Source: Candidatus Multivorans sp.
GTDB lineage: Bacteria > Acidobacteriota > Thermoanaerobaculia > Multivoradales > Multivoraceae
NCBI GenBank assembly: GCA_965224025.1
Contig: OZ245033.1
Span: forward strand, 896,001 to 960,000
DNA length: 64,000 nucleotides
Direction of reading: 5' to 3'
The notes under the pieces were generated by a model, which saw only the letters and a list, made by a program, of their open reading frames with translations, searched no databases and had not been told where the DNA came from. Made by a program: the position numbers and the translations under genes. Each line of letters begins with the position of its first letter. Positions within the stretch are counted from its first letter, which is position 1. Shown in pieces: positions 18,626 through 27,816 of this stretch.

Positions 18626-21400
18626 CTAGAACTCAAGCCCCAGGCGGATCATGACCCGGCGCGGCCAGATGTAGTCGTACGGCACATACTCCTCGTCTGG
18701 TGCGACCGTCAACTCCTCCCACGAGTCGAATGAGTCCTCGTTGAAGACGTTGAACAACTGGAGATCGAGTTTGAGCTGCACCGCGCCGACGTCGAAGCGT
18801 CGGCCGAAGGACAGGTCGAGGACGCTCTGGTCCGGCAACCGCGTGTCGTCGCTGGCGGGAATCGCGATTACAGTCTGACCGCCCTGTTCGAGCGGCGCCG
18901 TCGACCTCTCCCCGCCGACGATCAGTTGCTGGTTGTAAGGCGTGCCGGTCAGGAAGCTGTAGGTCGCCGTGCCGACAAGCTGCCACGGCAGTTCGAAACT
19001 GCCCTGGAACTGAAAGACATGCTCGCGGTCGTTCTGCAGCGCCTGGTCGGCGTTGATCCAGTTGTTCGGGTCCCGGCCGTCCGTGTCGGTGTAGAACGGA
19101 CTCCCCTGCGACTGCAGCAGCGGCCGCGGAATGAAGCCGGTCGAGTTCGACCACGTGTAGGAGGACTGCAAGCTCCAGCCGTCGCTGTAGCGCCTGTTGA
19201 AAGTGAGAACCACGCCCTCGTACTCCTGGTGGTAGCGGACTCCCGGCGCCGCCGCCGAGCCCGGTCCGGGACCGTTGCCCTTGCGCGTCGTCGGCTGCTC
19301 GATGATGCTGATCAACTGCTCCGTCTCGCCCGTGAACGGATTCGTCCAGGGCACGCGCTCGGTCTCCCCGTCGTCCAGGATCTCCCAGCCGATCAGGTTC
19401 TTGGCTTCCTTGTAGACGCCCTGGATGCCGAACGTGAAGTTGTCGGCGAAGCGACGCTCCCAGCCCACGGTGTACTGGTCCGTCTGCGGCGCCTTCAGAT
19501 CGGGATGGAACAGGTTTCCGTGGTACTCGAAGGTCGAGGATTCGGTCCAGGGGCCGTCGAGCGAGGGGCCAAACTCCGTGACGTAGATGGGTGGATCAGG
19601 CGGCGGCGCGTACCAGTTGCCGGTGACGTCCGCGTCGTAGAACCTGCCGTAGAAGGCGCGCAGGACCTGCCGGTCGCCGATCTGATACGCCATGCCGACG
19701 CGCGGCGAGACCAGCGACCAGTCGGTCACGTTCCGGACCCCCGGTATGATCTCGGAGGTCGGGCTCCAATCCGGGTTCAGCTTCGGAAAGTCGGGAATGT
19801 CACCGCTGTGCCGGTCGTAGCGGACGCCGAGGTTCAGCGTCAGGTTCGAGTTCACCTGCCAGGAATCGTCCGCGAACGCCGACGCCACCTCGGTGTCGGC
19901 GCCGTAGTGGAACGGTCGCGCCGTGACCCGGTAGTAGTAGACGTACCCAGGGCTGTACTCGTAGCGGTAGAAGTAGACGCCGGTCGGGCCGCCCCCGGTG
20001 CGCGTATCGCCCGTGCCGGTCCCGTACGAGATGCCGAACTTGAAGTCGTGGTCGCCACCCAGGAGGTCGTCGGCGTGGTGCGAGAGCTTGATGTCCACCT
20101 GGTCGCGGCCAAGCGTCCACCGGTACTGGTAGCCCGGGCTGCCGCTGTATTGGGTGGGGCCGCCGTCCGCCGGCGAGTAGTCGGCGTACGGAGGCGCCGT
20201 ACTGCCGGTGGCCGAGAGCAGATTGTCGTCGCTGCTGTAGCCAGCGTACATGACCTCCAGATAGTCGTTCGGGGTCAAGACGGACTGGAACTGGAGCCCC
20301 CAGGCCGGGTTGGTGCCGAACTCGTTCCCGGTGGCGTCCGGCGTCGTGTTGGGGGCCGCGAATGTGAAGTCGTAGTCCTCGTAGTGGTACTTCGCCTCCA
20401 TCAGATTGCTGTCGTTGAATGCCGCGTTGATCTTGACGTCGTAGCGTTCGGTCGGGTACGCCTCCGGGAACGTCGGATTAACCCCCGGCTCGCTGTACGC
20501 GTCCTCCGTGGTCTGCACGGACGCGAAGAACCACGCCTTGTCGCGCGCGAACGGGCCGCCCAGAGTGCCCGTGAGGTCGTCGAACTCGTCGCGATTGAAG
20601 GCAACTCCGTCGATGTCGGCGTTCTCCTCGGTCAGACCGTCGTTCATGTGGTACCAGTCGATCGTGCCGGAGAACTCGTTCGAGCCCGACTTGGTCACTA
20701 CGTTGAACGCTGCCCCGGACATGCTGCCGTACTCCGCCGGCGCGCCGAGTCCGAGCACCTGGACTTCCTCGATCGTCGCCGGATTCAGCCACCAGAACGC
20801 GTGACCGGTGTCCGATGAGGTCGTGTCGAGGCCGTCGATCCGCCATGAGTTGGAGGCCGTACTCGAACCGAAGGCCGACATGCTCGTGTCTCCCTCGGAT
20901 CCGGGACTGATTCCGGGCGACAGTGCCATCACATCCCAGTAGTTGCGGTCCGTCGGCAGATCGTCGATGAAGTCGGCCGCGTAGCTGCTGCCGACGCTCG
21001 AGCTGGTCACGTCCAGAATCGGGGAGGCCGTCACCGTGACCTCATCCTGCACCGCCTCCAGCGAGAGTTCGATGTCGAGCCGGATCGTCGCGCTGATGCC
21101 TACCCGCACCCCTTCGACCCGATGCTCCTGAAAGCCGTCCAAGGCCGCGGTCACGACGTAGTCGTCGACCGGAAGCGACGACATTACGAAGCGGCCGCCG
21201 GCGCCGGCGATCGTGCTCCGCGAGAGGCCGCGATCCTCGATCGTCGCGGTGACCGTGACCCCGGGGAGGGCGTCGCCGTTCGTGTCGCGCACCTCACCGC
21301 GAATGTCGCCCGTGGTCTGGGCGGCGGCCGCCGCCGCAAGCACAAGACCAGCAGAAAAAGAAACCAGAACGCGGCTGGTCGAAGGCTGCCGTTCAGACAT
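18626..21400 (-). CDS. Oar-like TonB-dependent receptor with carboxypeptidase-regulatory N-terminal domain
   Basis: G.I.GEVRD..G..LPGVTVT, IEEVQV..APAEYG..SGA.FNVVTKSGSNEFSG, LTLNLGVRYD motifs; C-terminal Phe. Confidence 0.93.
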   Translation of the reverse strand: MSERQPSTSRVLVSFSAGLVLAAAAAAQTTGDIRGEVRDTNGDALPGVTVTATIEDRGLSRSTIAGAGGRFVMSSLPVDDYVVTAALDGFQEHRVEGVRVGISATIRLDIELSLEAVQDEVTVTASPILDVTSSSVGSSYAADFIDDLPTDRNYWDVMALSPGISPGSEGDTSMSAFGSSTASNSWRIDGLDTTSSDTGHAFWWLNPATIEEVQVLGLGAPAEYGSMSGAAFNVVTKSGSNEFSGTIDWYHMNDGLTEENADIDGVAFNRDEFDDLTGTLGGPFARDKAWFFASVQTTEDAYSEPGVNPTFPEAYPTERYDVKINAAFNDSNLMEAKYHYEDYDFTFAAPNTTPDATGNEFGTNPAWGLQFQSVLTPNDYLEVMYAGYSSDDNLLSATGSTAPPYADYSPADGGPTQYSGSPGYQYRWTLGRDQVDIKLSHHADDLLGGDHDFKFGISYGTGTGDTRTGGGPTGVYFYRYEYSPGYVYYYRVTARPFHYGADTEVASAFADDSWQVNSNLTLNLGVRYDRHSGDIPDFPKLNPDWSPTSEIIPGVRNVTDWSLVSPRVGMAYQIGDRQVLRAFYGRFYDADVTGNWYAPPPDPPIYVTEFGPSLDGPWTESSTFEYHGNLFHPDLKAPQTDQYTVGWERRFADNFTFGIQGVYKEAKNLIGWEILDDGETERVPWTNPFTGETEQLISIIEQPTTRKGNGPGPGSAAAPGVRYHQEYEGVVLTFNRRYSDGWSLQSSYTWSNSTGFIPRPLLQSQGSPFYTDTDGRDPNNWINADQALQNDREHVFQFQGSFELPWQLVGTATYSFLTGTPYNQQLIVGGERSTAPLEQGGQTVIAIPASDDTRLPDQSVLDLSFGRRFDVGAVQLKLDLQLFNVFNEDSFDSWEELTVAPDEEYVPYDYIWPRRVMIRLGLEF

Positions 21401-21798
21401 CGTCGATCTCCTCGTGGGGCACGGCTGCCCAATCTCTATGCTATGGAACCTACTAACAGCCGATACTAACCCGAACCGCCGTTCCCTGCACCGGCACGAG
21501 GCGGGCGCACCCGATGAGGCCCTGGAAGACGTGGCGGCAGTGGTCAACGGCAACCACCCGTCGGCCGATCTCCGGCAGGCGCCCGAACGGAGATCCCTGG
21601 CCGACTCTTGACGTGGATCCCTGGCAACCACTAGCGTGTGATTGCATCAGAAAACTGCGCAGGAGCATTGCGCAGGAGCAATCGTGTCGCGCATTCACTT
21701 CGTGCCACTTAAGGTTGCCGACAGGTGGGCGCTTCAGGCTCGGCTACCTGTAAACCGGTATCGGAGACACAACACTAGCGCGCCAGAACACCCGGAGG

Positions 21799-21891
21799 CC
21801 GGTACTTCGCGCCGGATGCGGGCCAGAACCCGGGTGGCGCGATCCGCGCCACCCGTGAACCAGTCCGTGCGCCCGCCATCGGGCGCACGGA
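21799..21891. repeat. Partial family-A REP plus two perfect GC hairpins downstream of the SLC13 gene
   Basis: CCGGTACTTCGCGCCGGATGCGGGC matches the reverse complement of the 55.4-kb element; hairpins at 21831-21855 and 21864-21891. Confidence 0.65.
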
Positions 21892-21922
21892 TGGCGGGCT
21901 CTCGCACCCAGTTTCCGCCGCG

Positions 21923-24301
21923 CTAGAACGGGAAGAGCAGCGGCACCATCCAGACGATCACGGTGAGCAGAATCACCGTGAGCGGAGTGCCGACCTTCAG
22001 GTAGTCCATGCTGCGGTAGCCGCCGGCGCCCATGACCAGCAGGTTCGCCTTGTGGCTGAACGGCGTCATGAAGGCCGCGGAGGCCGCGAGCGCCACGCCC
22101 ATCATCAACGGATAGGGAGAAAGGTCGAGGCCGGAAGCCGCCTCGAGCACAACCGGCGTCAGCAACACGACCGCCGGCGCACCGTCCAGGCACTGGCTGA
22201 GCAGGCTTGAGAGAAGGACCAGCGCCGCCAGCACCGCATACGGCCCGGCCGGGCCGGCCAGGTCCATCACGCTGCTCGCCAACAGGGCCGCGGTACCGCT
22301 GCTCTCCATCGCCGACCCCACCGGCAGGATTGCCGCGACCAGGAAGATCGCCCGCCATTCGACCGCGCGGTAGGCCTCCTCCATGGTCAGCGCGCCGCAC
22401 AGCACGATCAGGCTCGCGGAAGCGAAGGCGGCGACCTGAATTGGTGCAGTTCCCGTCACTACCAGCCCCACCATCAAGGCCAGGCATCCGACGGCGAAGG
22501 GCGCCTTGTTGAGCCTGCGCGGCTCCTCCGCGACGTCCGAGAGGACGAGCAGATCGGGCTCCCGGGAAAGGAGAGCCAGCCGTCCCCGGCGGCCCTGCAG
22601 CAGCAATGCGTCGCCGACCCGCAGCGCGAGTTGAGCCAGACCGCTGCGAATGGCCCTTCCCTCGCGCCAGATCGCGAGCACCTGCACGCCGTACCGATCA
22701 CGGAACTCGATCTCCTCGAGATTCCGCCCCGCGAGACCCGATCGGGGCGCCAGCGTGGCCTCGGCCATGCCCACCTCCTCCGACTCGAACGCGGGCGCGG
22801 CAACCCCCGACGTCAACTCGACGCCGCCCATGCGCAGCAGGGCGCGCAGGCGCCGCTCCTTGCCCTTGACGAACAGCCGGTCTCCGGCCTCGAACTCGAG
22901 CTGGGGCCCGGGGCCCCAGAGCACATCGCCAGCCCGTTCGACCGCGACTACCGTGAGTTCCATCAGCCGGCCCATCCACTCGACGCCGGCGCCGCTGGCG
23001 AGAAGAGCCGAGTTCTCGGGTACCCGGATAACGAGCAGGGGTTGATCCTCAAGGCGGTCCAGGGCGGCCGGGCCGCTCTCTTCGATCTCCAGAACGTCGG
23101 AGTCGATCTCCGGCGCGTCGTCGCCGAACAGACCGTAGAGCACGTCTCCTTTCTCGAGCCGAAGCTCGCCGAGCCGGTCGACGCGCACTTCGCCGTCGCG
23201 TTCCACCGCGATCACGAACACGCGCCAACCCTCGCGGAAGCGCGTCGCGGCCAGCGTGCTCCCGGCCAGGGGCGACGCGGCGGCCACCCGCGCCCTGAAC
23301 GCGGTCACGCCCGCGTCCGGGGCGCCGATTTCCCCCGTGGTGGCCGTGCCGAGCGTCGTGGCGGTGCCGAGATCGACGCCCTGGAGCCGCAGCATCTGCT
23401 GCACTTCCTCGGCGTCGCCCTGCACGACCAGCTCGTCCCCGGCCAGCAGCCGCACGTCGTCCTTGGGCGCCAACTGCCAGTCCTCGCCGCGCGCGATGCC
23501 GAGGAGTTGCACTCCCAGGGTGGTTCCCAACCGGGTCTCGCGCAGGGTCGCCCCGTCGAGCTGCGAAGCCGCCGGTATGCGAATCGAGAACAACCCCTCA
23601 TGAAGGCCGTAGAGATCCGCGAGTTCCGATTGACGGCCGGGAGTCGCGGCTCTGCGACCCGGCAGCAGACGGCGACCCGCGGTGAGCATGAAGAGGATGC
23701 CGCCGGCAAGCAGCACCAGGCCGAAGGGCGTGAAGTCGAAGAGTCCGAAGGGCTCGAGTCCGCGGTCCCGCAGCATCGCCGCCGCCAGAATGTTCGGCGG
23801 CGTCCCGACCAGGGTGGCGGTGCCCCCCAGGATGGCCCCGAAGGCCAGCGGCAGGAACAACCGGGACGGCGGAAGGTGCGCGCGCCGACCGAGACTCGCC
23901 ACCGCCGGCATCAGCACCGCGGTCGCCGCGATGTTGTTCATGAACATCGAGAGCACCCCCGCGACCAGCATCACGGCGATCATCAAGGACGTCTCGCGGC
24001 TGCCGACGAAGCGATGGATGGCGCCGCCGACCAGATCCGCGACACCCGTCTGCATCAAGCCCGCGCTGACGATGAAGATCGACAGCATCGTGATCACCGC
24101 CGACGACGCGAAGCCGGTGAAGGCCTGATCGACGGCGACGTAGCCGGTGAAGATCAGCAGGGTCAGACCGAGGAAGGCGGTCAGGTCGATCGGCAGTTTC
24201 TCGGTCAGAAACAGGACGACCATGGCCGCGAGAACGGCAAGCAGGAATGCGATCGCGCCCGGTTCGCCGAACTCGTTGAGGAGCCAAGTCTGGAAAGTCA
24301 T
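21923..24301 (-). CDS. SLC13/CitMHS-family permease with multiple TrkA-C domains
   Basis: LS.FMNN.A, LGG..TLVGTPPN and AFMTPFSH.AN.LVM..GGY motifs; central RCK-C repeats. Confidence 0.92.
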   Translation of the reverse strand: MTFQTWLLNEFGEPGAIAFLLAVLAAMVVLFLTEKLPIDLTAFLGLTLLIFTGYVAVDQAFTGFASSAVITMLSIFIVSAGLMQTGVADLVGGAIHRFVGSRETSLMIAVMLVAGVLSMFMNNIAATAVLMPAVASLGRRAHLPPSRLFLPLAFGAILGGTATLVGTPPNILAAAMLRDRGLEPFGLFDFTPFGLVLLAGGILFMLTAGRRLLPGRRAATPGRQSELADLYGLHEGLFSIRIPAASQLDGATLRETRLGTTLGVQLLGIARGEDWQLAPKDDVRLLAGDELVVQGDAEEVQQMLRLQGVDLGTATTLGTATTGEIGAPDAGVTAFRARVAAASPLAGSTLAATRFREGWRVFVIAVERDGEVRVDRLGELRLEKGDVLYGLFGDDAPEIDSDVLEIEESGPAALDRLEDQPLLVIRVPENSALLASGAGVEWMGRLMELTVVAVERAGDVLWGPGPQLEFEAGDRLFVKGKERRLRALLRMGGVELTSGVAAPAFESEEVGMAEATLAPRSGLAGRNLEEIEFRDRYGVQVLAIWREGRAIRSGLAQLALRVGDALLLQGRRGRLALLSREPDLLVLSDVAEEPRRLNKAPFAVGCLALMVGLVVTGTAPIQVAAFASASLIVLCGALTMEEAYRAVEWRAIFLVAAILPVGSAMESSGTAALLASSVMDLAGPAGPYAVLAALVLLSSLLSQCLDGAPAVVLLTPVVLEAASGLDLSPYPLMMGVALAASAAFMTPFSHKANLLVMGAGGYRSMDYLKVGTPLTVILLTVIVWMVPLLFPF

Positions 24302-24355
24302 CGGGGTTCAGATGGCCAGGAAACGCCGCGGAGCGCGCCAGACCGGCCGGGCGGT

Positions 24356-25135
24356 TCAGGCCGGAGGCTCGAACCGCCCGTCGATCGCGGTCCAGCCGCC
24401 GTCGACGAAAAGCACGGCGCCGGTCATGTAGCTCGCGGCGTCCGAGACCAGAAAGGCAGCCGCGTTGCCGATCTCGTCCGGCCGGCCCCAGCGGCCCAGC
24501 GCCGTCTTCTCGGCGTAGGCGCGGTTCCAGCCCTCGTTCTGCTGAATCGGCCTGGTCAACGGCGTGTCGATAACGCCCGGCGCCAGCGCGTTCACCCGCA
24601 CCCCACTGGCGCCGAGTTCAGCCGCGGCGGTGCGCGCAAGCTGGACGATCCCGGCCTTGGTCGCCGCGTAGACGCCCTGTCCCGGCTCGACGACCTGGGA
24701 ACGGATCGACGACAGCAACACGATACTGCCGCCGGCGGCCGACAGCAGGCCCCCGGCGACCTGCAACACGCACATCGCGCCGCCGAGGTTGAGCGTCACG
24801 ACACGGTCGAACTCATCGAGCTGGTAGTCGAGCAGGCGCTTGCGGACATTGACTCCGGGCGTCGCCACCACGCCCCGCAGATTGCTCAGAGCCTCGAGCG
24901 CCGACGCCATCGCCACGGGATCGAGGATGTCGAGCTCGGCCGCTTCGGCCTGACCGCCGGCCGAGACGATCCGGTCCGCCGTCGCCTGCGCGGCCAGCAG
25001 GTTCACGTCGAAGCAGGCGACCAGCGCCCCCTGGCGGCCGCATGCCTCGGCCGCGCCTTCGCCGATCCCCGAGCCGGCGCCGATCACGGCGACGGTGCCG
25101 CCGTCGAGACGAAACGGGTTCTTTGACACGGTCAT
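24356..25135 (-). CDS. SDR-family oxidoreductase
   Basis: GAGSGIG, YAATK, VNALAPG and VDGG motifs. Confidence 0.93.
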   Translation of the reverse strand: MTVSKNPFRLDGGTVAVIGAGSGIGEGAAEACGRQGALVACFDVNLLAAQATADRIVSAGGQAEAAELDILDPVAMASALEALSNLRGVVATPGVNVRKRLLDYQLDEFDRVVTLNLGGAMCVLQVAGGLLSAAGGSIVLLSSIRSQVVEPGQGVYAATKAGIVQLARTAAAELGASGVRVNALAPGVIDTPLTRPIQQNEGWNRAYAEKTALGRWGRPDEIGNAAAFLVSDAASYMTGAVLFVDGGWTAIDGRFEPPA

Positions 25136-25139
25136 CGCC

Positions 25140-26246
25140 TCACGGCAGGTCGCGGACGGCGAGGATGCCCGGAAGCGACTCGGCATGCCGCACGCTGTTG
25201 AGCACCGCGTCGGCCAGCACCTCGGCCGCGAGGGCGCCGATCCGGCTGACGTCGGCCGGCCCTTCGAGGACGCCGGTGGCGATCGCGAATACGGTGTCGC
25301 CATCGCCCGGCGTGTGGGACGGAACGATCGAGCGGGCAAGACCGTCGTGGGCCATCTGCGCCACCCGGGTCGCCTCGGCCTGGTTCAGGGCGGCGTTGGT
25401 CGCGACCACGGCGATCGTCGTGTTCTCGCGGTTGGCGGCCTCTTGTCGACTGGCGCGGCGGTCGCGGCCGAGGCCGCCGCGGAGCAGCTTGCGGGCGTCG
25501 AGCAGTTCGTTGTTCGGGCCGCGCACGCCCGCGACGACCTGACCGGTAGCCGGATCGATCACGTCGCCCACCGCGTTGACCGCGACCAGCGCCCCGACCA
25601 CCAGACCCGCCGAGGGGCCCTTCTCGAGCCGGTGCGACGCACTGCCCAGGCCGCCCTTCATCCTCGATCCGCGGCCTCCCATCTTCCCCACCGTGGCGCC
25701 GGCGCCGGCGCCCACGTTGCCCTGGGCCACCGGGCCGGTCGTCGCCGCCGCCGAGGCTCGATAGCCGCATTCGGCGTCGGGACGGGGCTTGCTGCTGCCA
25801 CCCATGCCGAGGTCCATCAACGAAGCGCCGACCACGATCGGCACCACTCCGGCGCCGACCCGGTAGCCGACATCCTGCTCTTCGAGGTAACGCATCACGC
25901 CGCCCGCCGCATCGAGACCGTAGGCGCTGCCGCCGGTCAGGACCACGGCGTGGAGTTCCTGGATCATGTTGTGAGGCTGCAAGAGAGCCGTCTCGCGGGT
26001 CGCCGGAGCGCCGCCCCGGACGTCGACGCCGCCGACCGCGCCGCCGAGGGCCAGCACCACCGTGCAGCCGGTCGGCCGCTCCTCGTAGGTGATCTGACCT
26101 ACCCGAATGCCTTCGACCGCGGTCAGGCCGGGATCGTCCGCGGCGGCCTCAGCCAAGCCTGGACCTCCGGCCACGAGCGCAAGCAGCCCGAGTCCCGGCC
26201 ACGCCGACAGCCATCCCGGTTGCGTCAAGGCTAAGATTCTCGCCAT
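25140..26246 (-). CDS. P1/S58 (DmpA-like) peptidase with signal peptide
   Basis: TGCTVV, DVRGGAPATRET, LTGGSAYGL, GNVGAGAG, ENTTI.VVATNA and HT..DGD motifs. Confidence 0.9.
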   Translation of the reverse strand: MARILALTQPGWLSAWPGLGLLALVAGGPGLAEAAADDPGLTAVEGIRVGQITYEERPTGCTVVLALGGAVGGVDVRGGAPATRETALLQPHNMIQELHAVVLTGGSAYGLDAAGGVMRYLEEQDVGYRVGAGVVPIVVGASLMDLGMGGSSKPRPDAECGYRASAAATTGPVAQGNVGAGAGATVGKMGGRGSRMKGGLGSASHRLEKGPSAGLVVGALVAVNAVGDVIDPATGQVVAGVRGPNNELLDARKLLRGGLGRDRRASRQEAANRENTTIAVVATNAALNQAEATRVAQMAHDGLARSIVPSHTPGDGDTVFAIATGVLEGPADVSRIGALAAEVLADAVLNSVRHAESLPGILAVRDLP

Positions 26247-26410
26247 AGAACATCTCTCCTGCCATCAGCGGCGGCGCCTGCCCGGCCGCCAACAGCGTCG
26301 GTGACGGCCCTCGTCGGCCGCCGGCCCGCCGACCGGCACAAGCGGCGGGAACATTGTGACAAGAGTCCATCCCCCCCGCAAACGCGCAACCGCCGGGAAC
26401 CTCACTCCCC

Positions 26411-27727
26411 ATGACGTCAGACGCTAGCGGACTCGACCGGCTGCGCGCGCATGTCGTGGACCGCGTCCTCTCCGAGGCGGCCGTCTGCGGCGAGGAAGCA
26501 GCGCACTTCGCGGCCGAGCTGATCCGCGTGCCGACGGTCAACCCGCCCGGCGACGCGTACCGTGAGTGCGCCGAGTTGCTCGGGGTCCGGCTTGAGGCGG
26601 ACGGCTTCGAGACCGAGTACGTCGAGGGGCCCGGCGCCGATCCGAAGCGCCCGAAAGTCAACGTGCTCGCCCGGCGCCGGGGACGTGAGTCGCGGCCGTC
26701 GCTGCACCTCAACGGCCACATCGATGTCGTGCCGCCGGGCGAGGGCTGGACGGTCGACCCCTTCGGCGGCGAGATCAAGGGCGGCTGGCTCCACGGCCGC
26801 GGCTCGGCCGACATGAAGGCCGGCCTCGCCGCCGCGGTGTTCGCCGCCGAAGCGGTTCGGCGCGCCGGCGTCGGTCTGCGCGGAGCTCTCGAGATCAGCG
26901 GCACGGTCGACGAAGAGAGCGGCGGTCTGGCCGGGGTCGCCCACCTGGCCCGGATCGGCCGCGTTACGAGCCGAACGACGGACTACGTAATCATCCCCGA
27001 GCCCTTCGGCCCGACGCGGATCTGCATCGGTCACCGTGGCGTGCTCTGGTTCCGGATCCTGGCGCGCGGCCGCATCGCCCACGGTTCCATGCCCTTTCTC
27101 GGCGTCTCGGCAATCGACGCGGCGGCCGAGGCGGCGCTCGGGCTTCGGGAGGCGCTCGGCGATCTCGTCACCGAACTGCCCGTGGTTCCGGAGGGCGCCC
27201 GCCGGCCGACCCTGAACGTGAACTCGATCGCGGGCGGTCAGGTCATCGAGGGGCTGAATGCGTCCGCCGCGCTGGACGGCCATGGCCAGGGGCTGCCTTC
27301 ACCCTGCGTCGCGGACCAGTGCGAACTCGTCGTCGACCGCCGCTACCTGCTCGAGGAGGGCGCCGACGCGGTGCGCGCCGAGGTCCAGGGGGTGCTCTCG
27401 GCGGTAGAGACCCGCCGGCCCGGCGTTCGATTCGAGGTCGAGGAGGTGCTCAGCGTCGAGCCGACGCATACGCCCGGCGACTGCCGGCTGGTCGAGTCGC
27501 TGAGCCGGGGCATCGAGACGGCGACCGGGAAGTCCGCCGACCTCGTGGCGAGCCCCGGCACGTACGATCACAAGCACTTTCAGCGCATCGGAGGGATCGG
27601 GCAGTGCGTCGCCTACGGACCGGGCGAACTGGAAGAGGCCCATCAGCCCGACGAACGCTGCTCGCTCGCGGACATCACCGGGACCACGCAGGTTCTGGCG
27701 CTCACGATCGTCGATCTATTGAGCTAG
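26411..27727 (+). CDS. M20-family (ArgE/DapE-like) metallohydrolase
   Basis: NGHIDVVP, GRGSADMK, DEESGG and AHQPDE motifs. Confidence 0.9.
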   Translation: MTSDASGLDRLRAHVVDRVLSEAAVCGEEAAHFAAELIRVPTVNPPGDAYRECAELLGVRLEADGFETEYVEGPGADPKRPKVNVLARRRGRESRPSLHLNGHIDVVPPGEGWTVDPFGGEIKGGWLHGRGSADMKAGLAAAVFAAEAVRRAGVGLRGALEISGTVDEESGGLAGVAHLARIGRVTSRTTDYVIIPEPFGPTRICIGHRGVLWFRILARGRIAHGSMPFLGVSAIDAAAEAALGLREALGDLVTELPVVPEGARRPTLNVNSIAGGQVIEGLNASAALDGHGQGLPSPCVADQCELVVDRRYLLEEGADAVRAEVQGVLSAVETRRPGVRFEVEEVLSVEPTHTPGDCRLVESLSRGIETATGKSADLVASPGTYDHKHFQRIGGIGQCVAYGPGELEEAHQPDERCSLADITGTTQVLALTIVDLLS

Positions 27728-27816
27728 GGTTGACCGTCACGCCGCCGCGACGGCGAGCGTCCGAAGAGCGAACCACACAGCCGGCCCCAGAGACGGGCCG
27801 CCGAGGAACTGCAACC

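Noticed and set aside
21410-21640. Cobalamin or TPP riboswitch before the TonB receptor
   Set aside because: The conserved B12-box and TPP core motifs could not be found in order.
21690-21710. Sigma54 promoter (TGGCAC on the minus strand)
   Set aside because: GG-to-GC spacing is 12 rather than 10.
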